A stretch of DNA of 64,000 nucleotides from Turneriella sp. (GCA_965279515.1 CBDIID010000003.1:1312001-1376000), one strand, 5' to 3'. Counted from the stretch's first letter, positions 28,281-39,225 are shown. The notes: generated from the sequence alone by a model not told the origin. Made by a program: numbers and translations.

Positions 28281-29093
28281 ATGCGGCATAATACCGATAC
28301 CATCGCAAATCTGCGCTCCCGTTTAAAGCAAATACAGGCACAAAACCGCGTCATGGCACTGAAGACCGGTACAGAAGTCGAAGATATGGGTTTCGATGAA
28401 ATCGCCGTGATGCGCGAAGTTTCGCTCGAAAACGGTGCGAAGCTGATGCCGCTGGTTGTTAAAATCGGCGGCCCGGAAGCGCGCCGCGATATGCGCGAAT
28501 GCCTTCGAATCGGCGTCGATGTTATTCTCGCGCCGATGGTCGAATCGGTCTATGCCCTCGTGAATTTTGTCGAAACCGCACAAGGCCTGATGCGTGAAAC
28601 CGGTAAAACCGCGAACCTGGCAATGAATCTTGAGACCGGTACCGCAGTGCGAAACCTGGATGCGATGATAGCGACCAAAGCGTTCGCGGCACTCAGCCAG
28701 GTCACCATCGGCCGCGGCGATCTCTCGAAGAGCATGAACCTTGGCGTCGACGACGAAGAAGTTCTGACGGCGACACGCAACGTACTCACCAAACTTTCAC
28801 GACAGAAAAAGCTGACTTCGGTCGGCGGTGGCCTGAGTGTGCATAATATTGTCACCATGTCCGAAATTTTACCGTCAGACCGCTTCAACACGCGGCATAT
28901 TGTATTCGAAAATTCCGAAGCGTTCGGCCGCGATGCCGCGCGCAATCTCTCCGAAGGTCTTTATTTTGAGCAGGCACTCTACGAGGCGCTGGCTGAACTC
29001 AACCCCGATCGTGCGGCATTTTATTCTGAGCGCAATAAACAGCTCGAAGAAAGGCTTCCCGTCCTGAGAATTAGACGCACTGCGGCCATGTGA
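28281..29093 (+). CDS. HpcH/HpaI aldolase / citrate lyase beta family protein
   Basis: KTGTEVED, VKIGGPEARRD, APMVES, NLET, IGRGDLSKS. Confidence 0.8.
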   Translation: MRHNTDTIANLRSRLKQIQAQNRVMALKTGTEVEDMGFDEIAVMREVSLENGAKLMPLVVKIGGPEARRDMRECLRIGVDVILAPMVESVYALVNFVETAQGLMRETGKTANLAMNLETGTAVRNLDAMIATKAFAALSQVTIGRGDLSKSMNLGVDDEEVLTATRNVLTKLSRQKKLTSVGGGLSVHNIVTMSEILPSDRFNTRHIVFENSEAFGRDAARNLSEGLYFEQALYEALAELNPDRAAFYSERNKQLEERLPVLRIRRTAAM

Positions 29094-30187
29094 AAGTTGC
29101 AATCGTCGGCGGCGGTTACGCTGGCATTGCAACGGCAATCGAACTCAGCAAATCTAAAAATCCCGTTTCGATAACCCTCTTCGATCCGCGCGAAAATCAC
29201 CAGAAGATCACGCAGTGGCATAAACTTGCCCGCGGCGAAAGCGCAGCGCGCTATGAAACACCGTTCCACGAGCTGGCGCGCAGGTTTAACTTCACCTTCA
29301 CGCGCAAATCTATCGATATCCCCGCGCTTTTGAAAGATCCGGCAACGGCACTGGGGCAAAAATTTGATGCTGTCGTGATCGCGCAGGGCTCACACTCGCC
29401 CGCCGATTTGCCCGGGGTTCTGACACTCGACGCGCTGCGCGACGATACCACAAAACAGGAATATATCCGCAACATACGCCGCCAGAAAATTGCCGTGATC
29501 GGCGGCGGCCCGACCGGAATTCAATTCGCCTTCGAATTCGCTGCGCGCGGCAATAAGGTCGACCTCTATGAGGCGCGCGACCGCCTGCTGCCCACATTCG
29601 ACCACTCGCTGGGGCAAACGGCGCTGAAGGCAGCGGCACGGCACGGTATCACTCCGCATCTGCTCACCGAATTCATCAACCTTGTGGATGGCCGCCTGCG
29701 CGGCAAAAGCGGAGAGAAAGAAGTTACCGGCGAGGCCGACCTCGTGCTGTTTGTTCCCGGGGTGCGCTCGACGCCGGCATTCACCTGCGATACCTATGGC
29801 CGCGTCGAGGGGCTCGGAGCCCCAAGGTTTGCCGCTGACACGACGTCATCTGTGCGGCAAACTGAGGGTTATCCCCACCAGCGTTTTTATGCCGCGGGTG
29901 ATAACAGCTATTTCAGCGGGCGCGGTCTCAACACCAAGAGCGCGCAAGCCGCCGTCAGAAAGGGCCAGCACATCGCGCGCACGCTGGTTGCCGACCTGAC
30001 AGGCGCACCCGCCAAAGAATACACGTACCCCGAACTCGGTTATTTTGTTTCACTCGGTCCCAAAAATGCAGTGGGATATATGCTGTCGCAGAAGACGGCA
30101 TTTTCCGGTGCGGCGGCGCTCTTCATGAAAGAGGCCATTGAAAAACAATACAATCTCTACCTGGCCGGTCTGAACGTCTATCCCTGA
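29090..30187 (+). CDS. FAD/NAD(P)-dependent oxidoreductase (NDH-2/AIF-like)
   Basis: Two Rossmann motifs (IVGGGYAG, VIGGGPTG), YAAGD, AQAA. Confidence 0.88.
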   Translation: MKVAIVGGGYAGIATAIELSKSKNPVSITLFDPRENHQKITQWHKLARGESAARYETPFHELARRFNFTFTRKSIDIPALLKDPATALGQKFDAVVIAQGSHSPADLPGVLTLDALRDDTTKQEYIRNIRRQKIAVIGGGPTGIQFAFEFAARGNKVDLYEARDRLLPTFDHSLGQTALKAAARHGITPHLLTEFINLVDGRLRGKSGEKEVTGEADLVLFVPGVRSTPAFTCDTYGRVEGLGAPRFAADTTSSVRQTEGYPHQRFYAAGDNSYFSGRGLNTKSAQAAVRKGQHIARTLVADLTGAPAKEYTYPELGYFVSLGPKNAVGYMLSQKTAFSGAAALFMKEAIEKQYNLYLAGLNVYP

Positions 30188-31104
30188 TCTTTCGGCAGGG
30201 CCGCGAGAACCAGGTGTTTACTGACCATCGCGCGCACCTGTTCAGGCAGCGAGTCGCGGTTTTTAAAAGCCGGCAATTTTTGTTTTTTCGCCGCGCCCAT
30301 GAGTTGCTGCAGAAAGACCCCATGCGCAAAACGCAGCGCGGCCGTATAGTCGGCGGTTGTCAGGCCTTCGCGCGCGATCAGAAGATCAGGCATGCCGAAA
30401 CGGCCGAGACCGTGGGTAAAAAACCGCGCCTCACCCTCTTTGTCGTAAAAATTAAAACCGGATACCAGGTGCGTATTCAAAAGCCGCTCTGCCCGGTGGT
30501 AATGCGATAGCCCCGCGCGGATGCCCACCGGGGGAACAAAGATAAACATATCGGGATCAGCAACACCGGCAAAATTCTTTTTATCGAGAAATGCGGCGAC
30601 GCTGTAGGCCATCAGGATAGCGTCGATACGCTGCAGCGGTGACAGCCCCTTCAGCGGAACCACAAGCCGCATAAAAAATTTCTGCGAAAGCGCGCGTGAC
30701 TTTTCCTTATTTCCGTAGGGCGCAAAAGTAATCAGGTCGCGCGTGGCATCGGAAATATTGCCGCTATAACCTTCAAAGAAAACAGTTTCGCCGCCGGACT
30801 TCGTGTTTCTTAAGCTGCAGATGCCGCGTGGCGCGCGGTTCGACGCCGAGCGCGGACCGATTTTTAGCGTGAGGTGAATGCCCCAGAGCGCGCGCAGCTG
30901 GCGCAGCATATCGATGCCATTATAGCTGACCTTCCCGTCATAGAGCGCCCAGATCTCCGCCTTGTCAGCGACACCGGATGCGGTTTTCCCTGCGGTGCTT
31001 TTCGCCACCTTCTCACCGGGATAACGGTTATGCAGGAATATATTTTCGAATAGGTTTTCATCAAAACCGGCATCGAGCGGAAAATCTTTTGCAACGAATA
31101 ACAT
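30178..31104 (-). CDS. Hypothetical protein
   Basis: 308-aa ORF directly after MMPL gene; FTHGLGRFGMPDL resembles DUF4261-type motif. Confidence 0.65.
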   Translation of the reverse strand: MLFVAKDFPLDAGFDENLFENIFLHNRYPGEKVAKSTAGKTASGVADKAEIWALYDGKVSYNGIDMLRQLRALWGIHLTLKIGPRSASNRAPRGICSLRNTKSGGETVFFEGYSGNISDATRDLITFAPYGNKEKSRALSQKFFMRLVVPLKGLSPLQRIDAILMAYSVAAFLDKKNFAGVADPDMFIFVPPVGIRAGLSHYHRAERLLNTHLVSGFNFYDKEGEARFFTHGLGRFGMPDLLIAREGLTTADYTAALRFAHGVFLQQLMGAAKKQKLPAFKNRDSLPEQVRAMVSKHLVLAALPKDQG

Positions 31105-31109
31105 ATAAC

Positions 31110-33731
31110 CTACTTTTTGCGCCTGGGCGCGGCTTTCTTTTTGACAGCGCGCGGCTTGCGGGCGGTGGCTTCGGTAGCCGCAACCGCAGGCAGAACGTCT
31201 GCACCCGATGGGACCATCCGCTTGTCTTCACGCACCGCAAGGTATGCCGTCATAAATACAAGGGCAAAGGCGAGGCAGGAGACCTCACCAATAACGGCCA
31301 TGAGACCAAAAGACGCCATCGCCTGATTCTTGGCCCACAGCATGGAGCCGTAACCGATGATCGTCGTCCAGGAACAGAGGGCGACAGCCGAACCGGTGTG
31401 GGCGACGGCGTCTTTGATGGAACGTTCGCCATCGGCCTTGTAGCGGTAATAGAGATTGATCGCATAGTCGACACCGATACCGATCGTAATAGGTATCGTG
31501 ATGAAGTTGAAAAAGTTCAGCTTGATTTCGAAAAAGTAGAGCGCTGCGATGAACGCTAACAAGCCCAACGTCAGAAACAGGTAGACGAAGAAAAATTCTT
31601 TGATGCGCCTGAAGCCTATCCAGATAAACGCGCCCACCGCCAAAAAGCAGATGAACGTCACCAGGGGCCCCTCTTTTGCAACATCGCCCAAAATATCGAT
31701 GAAGATCATCGATTCGCTGGCAAACAGCACTTCGCCCGGCCCGAGATTTTTGCCCGGGGCGATCTTCACCGCCGAACCGATTTCATGGCCGATCTGCATG
31801 ATGTCTTTGATATTCGAAAGCACGGCATTCTCGCCCGCCGTGACAAAAAGCACGCGCCCCAGGGTACCGTCAGCTTCACGGAAATTGCGGATGACCATTT
31901 CGGGCAAATCTTCGGTTTTGAACGGTTCTCTCTTCAGGGCATTCAGCGCAACCTTACCCCATTCGCGTTCGTCTGCGTTGAGCAACGAAAGATATTTCGG
32001 CAGAAACAGGCGCCGCAAATCGCGGATGACCGGCAGTTTTTCTGCCTGATCCTGCGGGAAGAACTGATCCAACCAGCGGACCGAGTTGATGAACAGGGGT
32101 TTTCCGGCGTCTTTTGCATCGCGGATTTTCTTCTCGAGCGCCAGGCCCGTCTGGTGTGCACCGGCACGGCTATCGGCAATCAGCACCGAGGGGTTATCCC
32201 CGTTACCGAGAATGCCGTCGATGCGCTTCATATAATAGTTTTCGCTGCCCTTGCCTTCAGAGACTTTGAGACTCAGCTTTTTCAGGTTATATTCGAAACG
32301 ATCGGCTCGCAGGTAGAGCCAGGTGCCGGCAATGGACACCGGAACCAGAATGTACATGAGGTAGAGGAACACACGGCGGCGCGCATGGACAAAGCGGGCA
32401 AAGGCATGTGCCCGGTCAGACTCGATGAAACGTTTGATCTTCGCTTCTTTCTGCGGGCGCCAGCGTTCGAAGAGTACGATAAAACTGGGCAGCACGGCGT
32501 TCAGCGCGGCCCAGCAAATCAACATCCCCGTGCCACCGATAAAGCCGAATTGCGAAAAGCCTTTGAAGGTGGTGACAGACATAATGCCATAAGATATCGA
32601 AGTCGCTACGGCAGCCATAAAGGTTGCCGAAATGGTATAAAAAAATGAACGGTTGAGCGAGCGCCTGAAGTGCACACCATTACCGCGTTCTTCAAGATAA
32701 CGCGCGAGAAGTATCAATCCAAAGTTGATACCGTTACCGACGATAATCGAAGCGAGAAATGCGGTCTGCTGATTCAGATAACCGATCTTAAAATAGGTGA
32801 CAGTAAACGTGAGCAGAATACCCACCAATATGCCCGCGCACAGCATCGCCACCATGCGCAGCGAACGGTAGAACAGGTAGATCGAAGCCAGAACCAGGAA
32901 GATGGTGAGTCCCGCCGTTTCGACAGTGTCCTGAATGATGCTGGCAAAATTCTGTAACAGGGCGACGTATGTGCCGGCAAGCCCCACCTCGAGTTGCGGA
33001 TGGAATTTTGCGGGGTCGAGCGCGGCGATGTCCGCATTGAGGCGATCGATGATCGCGCGCGAGAACTTCTGGTCAGCGGCGTCGCCTGCCGGGCGGATAA
33101 TAATTGCCAAAGAATGGCCCTTCTCATCGGTAAAATAGCCGTCTTTGTTTGCGCCGAATGGATTTTCGGAGCGGTACTTTTTGAAGATTTTCTGCAGTAG
33201 CTTCTTGATGCGTGCGTCCGGGTTCGAGTCGTCGAGGTCGAGGCCGATCGCACCGAGGCGTGTTTTCTCGAAACGCTTGCGCATTGCATCGCGCAGCTCC
33301 TTGAGTTCATCCATGGAGAGATAATAGAACAGGTGATTCTTAAAAAAATTCGCGGCATCGGTAGTTTTGTATTCGAAAAACTTAATGAGATCTTTGGGAT
33401 ACTTCTGCAGCACGGCGGCAAAGGCTTCGGTAAACTTTTTATTCGCCTCAAAATCGGGCGAATGTATTGAAACAAACACATTGCCGACACCGCCCATGCG
33501 CTCTGTAGCCTCTTTAACATGCACAACGCTTCGATCGTTCTCCGGCAGCAGCGTCGCAAAATCCGTACGCACGTCCTGGAAGAGCTTGAAGGTAAAAAAG
33601 GCGCCGACGACCGATACCGCGAGCACCAGCAAAAGGATTTTTCCAGGCGCACGGTGTATGAGTTTTACCAGGGCCAGCTGCAGGTCGGTAATACGCCGGC
33701 CGAGCTTCGAGCGTTTCTTAGGGATTTGCAA
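31110..33731 (-). CDS. MMPL/RND family membrane transporter
   Basis: Two repeats of TM + large loop + 5 TM; IIVGNGINFG...RYLEER and GIGVDYAI motifs. Confidence 0.9.
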   Translation of the reverse strand: MQIPKKRSKLGRRITDLQLALVKLIHRAPGKILLLVLAVSVVGAFFTFKLFQDVRTDFATLLPENDRSVVHVKEATERMGGVGNVFVSIHSPDFEANKKFTEAFAAVLQKYPKDLIKFFEYKTTDAANFFKNHLFYYLSMDELKELRDAMRKRFEKTRLGAIGLDLDDSNPDARIKKLLQKIFKKYRSENPFGANKDGYFTDEKGHSLAIIIRPAGDAADQKFSRAIIDRLNADIAALDPAKFHPQLEVGLAGTYVALLQNFASIIQDTVETAGLTIFLVLASIYLFYRSLRMVAMLCAGILVGILLTFTVTYFKIGYLNQQTAFLASIIVGNGINFGLILLARYLEERGNGVHFRRSLNRSFFYTISATFMAAVATSISYGIMSVTTFKGFSQFGFIGGTGMLICWAALNAVLPSFIVLFERWRPQKEAKIKRFIESDRAHAFARFVHARRRVFLYLMYILVPVSIAGTWLYLRADRFEYNLKKLSLKVSEGKGSENYYMKRIDGILGNGDNPSVLIADSRAGAHQTGLALEKKIRDAKDAGKPLFINSVRWLDQFFPQDQAEKLPVIRDLRRLFLPKYLSLLNADEREWGKVALNALKREPFKTEDLPEMVIRNFREADGTLGRVLFVTAGENAVLSNIKDIMQIGHEIGSAVKIAPGKNLGPGEVLFASESMIFIDILGDVAKEGPLVTFICFLAVGAFIWIGFRRIKEFFFVYLFLTLGLLAFIAALYFFEIKLNFFNFITIPITIGIGVDYAINLYYRYKADGERSIKDAVAHTGSAVALCSWTTIIGYGSMLWAKNQAMASFGLMAVIGEVSCLAFALVFMTAYLAVREDKRMVPSGADVLPAVAATEATARKPRAVKKKAAPRRKK

Positions 33732-33732
33732 A

Positions 33733-36135
33733 TTAAACCTTCTTTGATTCAGAACGCGCGACGATCGATTTCATGATCTCGGATGTACCACCACCGATTT
33801 CAGCGAGTTTGATATCGCGGTACAGGCGCGCCACGGGGAAATCCTCAATATAACCCGCGCCGCCGAAGACTTGTACAGCGAGGTTCGTGACCTCGCGCGC
33901 ATAGGTAGATGCCATGAGTTTCAGGGCCGCTGTGCGCGCGGTGAGTTCAATGCGCTCGCCGTTGTGCATATAATGACCCGGGCTGGCTCCAGAGCCAGCC
34001 CCAGGATGCCCTGCCTGGTCTAAAATCCACGCGGTTTCATGCAAGACCTGGCGCGCGGCCTCGTATTTTGTGATCATATCGGAGATCATGAATGCCACCG
34101 CCTGGTGTTTGATGATCGCCTTGCCGAATGATTTGCGCTCTTTCGCATATTTGCGCGAATGCTGAATGCAGGCGGCCATGACGCCCACAGAATACGCAGC
34201 CAGCGCGAGGCGTTCACGGTTGAACGCCGACATGATGATCGCAAAACCGCGGCCAGCACGACCGAGGATATCCGCCTCTGACACTTCGACTTCATCGAGA
34301 AAGAGCTCACCCGTCGGCGAGCCTTTGAGCCCGAGTTTATCCATGGGCTTGCCGCGGCTTACACCCTTCGCATGCGCATCAACAATGAAAACCGTCTGCC
34401 CTACCTTTTTGCCGTCTTTTTCGGCGACTGCAAGAATCAATACAGAATCACAGACTGGCGCGTTCGTGATATAGGTCTTCGTGCCACTGATATAGTACTT
34501 TCCGTTTTTGAAGACAGCCTTCGTCTGAATATTGGCGACGTCAGAGCCTGCACCGGGTTCGGTGACGCCGAGCGCGCCGATCTTTTTGCCCTGAACGATC
34601 TCGGGCAGATATTTCGCCTTTTGCGCGTCTGTGCCGTGCTCGCGGATCGGCAGGCCAAAGAGCCCCACCGACGCTCCCACAGAAAAAAAGGTCGATCCGC
34701 ATGCTTCGGCGAGCGCCTCTTGGTAATGTGTCGCCATAAAGTATGAGCTGTTGCTGCCACCGACCGACTCTTCGTGGCCAAGACCGTTATAGCCAACCTG
34801 GTAGAGTTTCTCAAAATGCGACCGTGGGATTTCCCCTTTTTTGTCCATTTCGCCCGTACGGGGCGCGAGCTCTTTTTGGCAAAAGTTGCGGAAACTATGG
34901 AAGAGTTCTTTCTGTTCTTCGTCGAGGTCGGCATCGAGCCACAGCTCTTTCATATTCGATGCAATGATCGAACGCATCACTTCGGAAGTACCTGCACCGA
35001 GCGTGCTGAGACGCACGTCGCGGTACGCGCGCTCCACCGGGTATTCGTGGATAAAACAATAGCCGCCAAACACCTGGCCCATGTCATAGGCAACTTCGAC
35101 ATTGCTTTCGGTAGTGTAGAGTTTGCCGATGGAAGATTCGATCGGTGCGGGCAATCCCTTGTCTTTTTTGATCGCGCTCGAATAGATGAGGAGCCGCGCG
35201 GCATCGAGCTTGTAGCGCGAACGCGCGATCTTGTCCTGGATTGCCTGAAAACGGATGATGGGTTCGCCGAACTGCTCGCGCTGTTTTGCATAGCGCGTGC
35301 CTTCTGTAATGAGATTCTTCATCGAGCCGAGGCCCGCAGCCACAAGCACCGTACGTTCCCATTCGAGGGTCGCGCGGCCGACGCGCAGAAACCCCGAATT
35401 CTCTTCGCTGATCATATTCTCCGCGGGGACTTCCATATCTTCGAAGATGAGTTCACTCGTTGTCGAAGTTCTCATTCCCATTTTGTTGAGTTTTTTGCCG
35501 ACAGAAAAACCTTTAAAATTCTTTTCAACGATAAAAACAGAAACACCAAAGGCGCCCTTCTTTTTGTCGGTGATCGCCATGCAGACAAAGACATCGCCGA
35601 TCGGGCCATTGGTGATAAACATCTTCGAGCCATTGATGATGTAGCGGTCGCCTTTTTTGACGGCTACGGTGCGCATGCTACCCGCGGCGTCTGAACCGGA
35701 ACTGGGCTCGGTGAGACCCAAGCCTGCGGTCCATTCGCCTGAGGCGAGTTTCGGTAAATATTTTTTCTTTTGTGCGTCCGTACCTAGGAGGGCAATCGGC
35801 ATGGTACCGATGATCGCGTGTGCGCCCAACGCCAGGGTGAGTCCCCCGTCGAGCGAACCTTCGGCGAAGGCTTCGTGCGCGACTGTGGTCATGAGGCACG
35901 ATGCCCCGCTGCCGCCATACTCTTCCTGAACAGAGAGCCCCAAAAGCCCGATGTTCGCCATCTTTTTCCACAGTGCGGGATCCCATGTGCCGGCGAGGTC
36001 GCGCGCTTCGGAAGAAGGGCGGATGTCGCGCACCGCGAAGTCATAGACCTGTTCGCGGAACTCCATCACCTCGTCGGGCAGGCGGTATTTCATGGCCCTC
36101 GGAGCTATTACGGGTTCACTGGCGGTCGTTGGCAT
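33733..36135 (-). CDS. Tandem (two-domain) acyl-CoA dehydrogenase fusion
   Basis: Two complete ACAD domains (LTEPSSGSD/VTEPGAGSD; GSKMFITN/GTKTYITN; KMGMR/KLGLK; ERAYRD/ARLYRD); start may be 36093. Confidence 0.92.
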   Translation of the reverse strand: MPTTASEPVIAPRAMKYRLPDEVMEFREQVYDFAVRDIRPSSEARDLAGTWDPALWKKMANIGLLGLSVQEEYGGSGASCLMTTVAHEAFAEGSLDGGLTLALGAHAIIGTMPIALLGTDAQKKKYLPKLASGEWTAGLGLTEPSSGSDAAGSMRTVAVKKGDRYIINGSKMFITNGPIGDVFVCMAITDKKKGAFGVSVFIVEKNFKGFSVGKKLNKMGMRTSTTSELIFEDMEVPAENMISEENSGFLRVGRATLEWERTVLVAAGLGSMKNLITEGTRYAKQREQFGEPIIRFQAIQDKIARSRYKLDAARLLIYSSAIKKDKGLPAPIESSIGKLYTTESNVEVAYDMGQVFGGYCFIHEYPVERAYRDVRLSTLGAGTSEVMRSIIASNMKELWLDADLDEEQKELFHSFRNFCQKELAPRTGEMDKKGEIPRSHFEKLYQVGYNGLGHEESVGGSNSSYFMATHYQEALAEACGSTFFSVGASVGLFGLPIREHGTDAQKAKYLPEIVQGKKIGALGVTEPGAGSDVANIQTKAVFKNGKYYISGTKTYITNAPVCDSVLILAVAEKDGKKVGQTVFIVDAHAKGVSRGKPMDKLGLKGSPTGELFLDEVEVSEADILGRAGRGFAIIMSAFNRERLALAAYSVGVMAACIQHSRKYAKERKSFGKAIIKHQAVAFMISDMITKYEAARQVLHETAWILDQAGHPGAGSGASPGHYMHNGERIELTARTAALKLMASTYAREVTNLAVQVFGGAGYIEDFPVARLYRDIKLAEIGGGTSEIMKSIVARSESKKV

Positions 36136-36211
36136 GCCGCCAGAAAATGAATTTAAGGGCGACGGACAAGGAAAACATCGCTGCTGTAGTAGCCGTTACA
36201 GGCCCGGCATT

Positions 36212-36699
36212 TCAGAGATTAAACTGCAGCGTCAGGCCGAAAGAAAACATGAGCGCATCACTGAAGACAGTTCCCTGGTTCGTGGTCGTGGTGGTAATAC
36301 CGTCGGTCTGGCTCTGCTGGCGGTGGCTGAAGAACATGTTGTGCTCAAGGCCCAGTTCGAAGGCTAGAGATAAAAAGCCTTCCACAGATCAAACCGGTAT
36401 GAAATACCTGCGAGTATACCGAAGCCGAGCGCCACCCACGGTGCAAATCCGCCCCAGAGATTTTGATACGCGTACTGCAAACGGAAGGTCCCGAAATCTG
36501 TGGTTTGCGGCAGTTGCACATCTGTGGGCTGCATCGCCACAGGTTCTGTGGGTGAAGCCTTTGTGAATACTGTGGTGGCGGTATGCGGATGGACAAAGGT
36601 AATCGCGTGGCGGAATTCTTTTGGCTTCTCATCAGCCGCGTTGAGCCCGCTCAGTGCAGAAACGCACAGCAAGGCGCTAAAATATTTTCCGCGTACCAC
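36212..36699 (-). pseudogene. Small outer-membrane beta-barrel-like protein, frameshifted near 36378
   Basis: GTG start with signal peptide; frame ends at TAG 36364 but -1 frame continues LAFELGLEHNMFF...FSFGLTLQFNL* (stop 36212-36214). Confidence 0.6.
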
Positions 36700-36752
36700 A
36701 ACACATGAATTAATTCTGGTAGCTGCTGCCAAGAGCAAAAAAATGCCGGGAA

Positions 36753-39182
36753 TTGCGGCGGCTGAATCTGTACATCTACTTCGGCTTCTCTGCCGCGCTG
36801 TCAGCTGCACCCGCAGAGATCTTTATTTCCGGAGAGGGTAACGAGCCCGTGGAATTTGGCACGGCCATCATCAGCGAGGCGCGTTTCAAAACCAATTTTT
36901 CCGACGGTCGCCTCCGCCTGCCCGACCTGAAACCGGGTAAATATACCCTGCGCCTGAGCGGCCCGGGACGGCAACGCGTTGACCAGGAAATCACGCTGCC
37001 GCTGAGAAAAAAAATCACCATCCAGATGCCACTCGAAATACGCCGGGCGCAGACCGTGCGCCTCATCACGCACGATGAGAAACATAACGTAGCCAAACAC
37101 CAGCTGCAACAGCACGAACTGAAGTCCGTCCCCGCAACCTTCGGTGACAATATCTCTGCGCTTGCCACACTGCCAGGCGTCAACCGCCCCGGCGGCATCT
37201 TCGGCCCGTTGATTATCCGCGGCGCACCCGATACCGCGAACCGCTATTTTATCGACGATGTTCCCGTGATTAACCCGCAGCATTTCGGCGGCTTCCAGTC
37301 GGTACTGTCGAACGAGCTCATCGACGATATCACGCTCTTCAGCTCAGGTTTCTCCGCGACTTACGGGCAGGCACTGGGGGCAATCATCGATATCCGCACA
37401 ATTGAAGCCCTGCAGAAACCACAGACGGTGATACAGGTGGGCATCATCTCTTCCAACGCGTTCTTCGGTGCGCCCTGGTCGATCTTTTCGCCGAAACCAC
37501 CACCCCTGCGCGCAAACGCCACGCCTGAAGAGAAGGCCGCAGACCTCGAAGTCCGCCGCAAGGCCGACGTCGATACCGGTTTTTTCTCGATCTCCGGGCG
37601 GGTGGGATATCTCTCGCTGCTGGTGCCGCCGATCTACAAAGCCATTACCGGCAAAGAAATTGTCGCTGTCCCGGAATATTACGACTACCAGTGGAAGGCG
37701 CGCTGGTACCTGGGCGACGGTAACCGGCACGCGGTCTCGATGTTTGTGTTTGGCAGCTACGATACTTTTACGCTGATACGCAAGCTGACCGACGATGAGA
37801 AGAAAGACCGCGTCGCGCAGGGCGAAAATCCGGCGGCGGGTGACCTCACCGTCTTCAACGACATTTCATCGCACAGCCAGAGCTTGTCTTACGACTACAA
37901 ACCGTCGAACAACATAAAACTCCGCACGATGCTTTTCAACACACTGATCTACAGCCGGTTTTACCGCGAAGCTCCCGGGCAATCCTTTGGTATCATCGAC
38001 GTCAACACGCGCCCGAACGTCACGGGCCTGCGTGAAATTCTCGACGTCTATTATTTCGACCGCAAGGCGCGGCTCAAGGCCGGCGTCGACTACCAGTTCT
38101 TTCATTTTAACAGTTCGGGCACGACGCAGCAGGTGAAGGCGTCGGTACCCGCGGGCCAGGCCGATTTTAATAATCCCAATGACTTCGACATCGTCAGCGT
38201 CGCGGCGCTGGGTGAAAATCATCTCATCTCTGCCTATGTCGAAAACCGTTTTGAATACAAAGGTTTTTTCGTAACTCCCGGCGCGCGCACCGATTATTTA
38301 ACGCGCTCGCAGGAAGCGACGGTGGATTTCCGCGGTCTGGCGGGCTATAAATTTCCGACGAATACCACATTCGCCGTATCGGGCGGCCACTATTCCTCCT
38401 TCGCCCAGACCAACTGGTACCGCTTCAACCAGGCAAGCCGGCGAGAGGCGCGCGTCGTCACTGCCGATTACCTGAAAAGCGAGAAAGGAACGCACCGCAG
38501 TGTCGCGCTCGAGCAGGAGATCGGGCTGACCGTATTCAAAGTAGAAGGTTTTTATAACAACCTCTATGACCAGATGCGCAACATGCAGACTCCCGATCTC
38601 ATCCAGGGAATATATTATGACAACTCGGGTGCATCGCTCGCACGCGGCGTCGAAGTCAGCCTGCGCAAATCCCTGCAGGAAAATGAGGATGGTTTTTTCG
38701 GCTGGGTATCGTATACCTTTACGCGCGCCGATTTTTCGGACATTGACAAGAGCTATCCGTTTCGCTACGAGCAACGCCACGTCGTCAAACTCATCGGCGT
38801 GTTGCGCTGGGGTGTTTACGAACTCGGTGCACGCTTCGAAATGTTCACGGGTTTCCCTTATACACCCATCACCGGCAGCAGCTGTGTTTCGTCATGCGGT
38901 ACCAGCACGGCACAATATGCGCCAGAGACATCGGCCGCGACGAACAGCGCAAACTATCCGCTATTCCACCGGCTCGATCTGCGCTTCACGCGCAAAAGTC
39001 ACTACAGCTGGGGTACATTTTCCTGGTACATCGAATTCATCAATGTCTACAACCTTGAACCCAAGATCCGCCAGGCCTTCGACAGCTCGCGCCCGTATGA
39101 GGCGGGCGTGAACCCGAGCCTCAAAGGCCCGCAGACGCCGCTCAACCTGATCCCGAATTTCGGGCTCGAATGGAAGTTCTAA
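36753..39182 (+). CDS. TonB-dependent receptor
   Basis: Plug (LATLPGV, LIIRGA, SSGFSATYGQALGAIIDI), barrel with RLDLRF, INVYN and C-terminal FGLEWKF. Confidence 0.93.
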   Translation: MRRLNLYIYFGFSAALSAAPAEIFISGEGNEPVEFGTAIISEARFKTNFSDGRLRLPDLKPGKYTLRLSGPGRQRVDQEITLPLRKKITIQMPLEIRRAQTVRLITHDEKHNVAKHQLQQHELKSVPATFGDNISALATLPGVNRPGGIFGPLIIRGAPDTANRYFIDDVPVINPQHFGGFQSVLSNELIDDITLFSSGFSATYGQALGAIIDIRTIEALQKPQTVIQVGIISSNAFFGAPWSIFSPKPPPLRANATPEEKAADLEVRRKADVDTGFFSISGRVGYLSLLVPPIYKAITGKEIVAVPEYYDYQWKARWYLGDGNRHAVSMFVFGSYDTFTLIRKLTDDEKKDRVAQGENPAAGDLTVFNDISSHSQSLSYDYKPSNNIKLRTMLFNTLIYSRFYREAPGQSFGIIDVNTRPNVTGLREILDVYYFDRKARLKAGVDYQFFHFNSSGTTQQVKASVPAGQADFNNPNDFDIVSVAALGENHLISAYVENRFEYKGFFVTPGARTDYLTRSQEATVDFRGLAGYKFPTNTTFAVSGGHYSSFAQTNWYRFNQASRREARVVTADYLKSEKGTHRSVALEQEIGLTVFKVEGFYNNLYDQMRNMQTPDLIQGIYYDNSGASLARGVEVSLRKSLQENEDGFFGWVSYTFTRADFSDIDKSYPFRYEQRHVVKLIGVLRWGVYELGARFEMFTGFPYTPITGSSCVSSCGTSTAQYAPETSAATNSANYPLFHRLDLRFTRKSHYSWGTFSWYIEFINVYNLEPKIRQAFDSSRPYEAGVNPSLKGPQTPLNLIPNFGLEWKF

Positions 39183-39225
39183 AAAAAACTCGCGGAAGCG
39201 GAACGGGTTTTTATGGTGACGGACC

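Noticed and set aside
36230..36366. TAG readthrough (pyrrolysine/recoding) at 36364
   Set aside because: In-frame continuation is non-protein-like, whereas the -1 frame gives a clean barrel C-terminus
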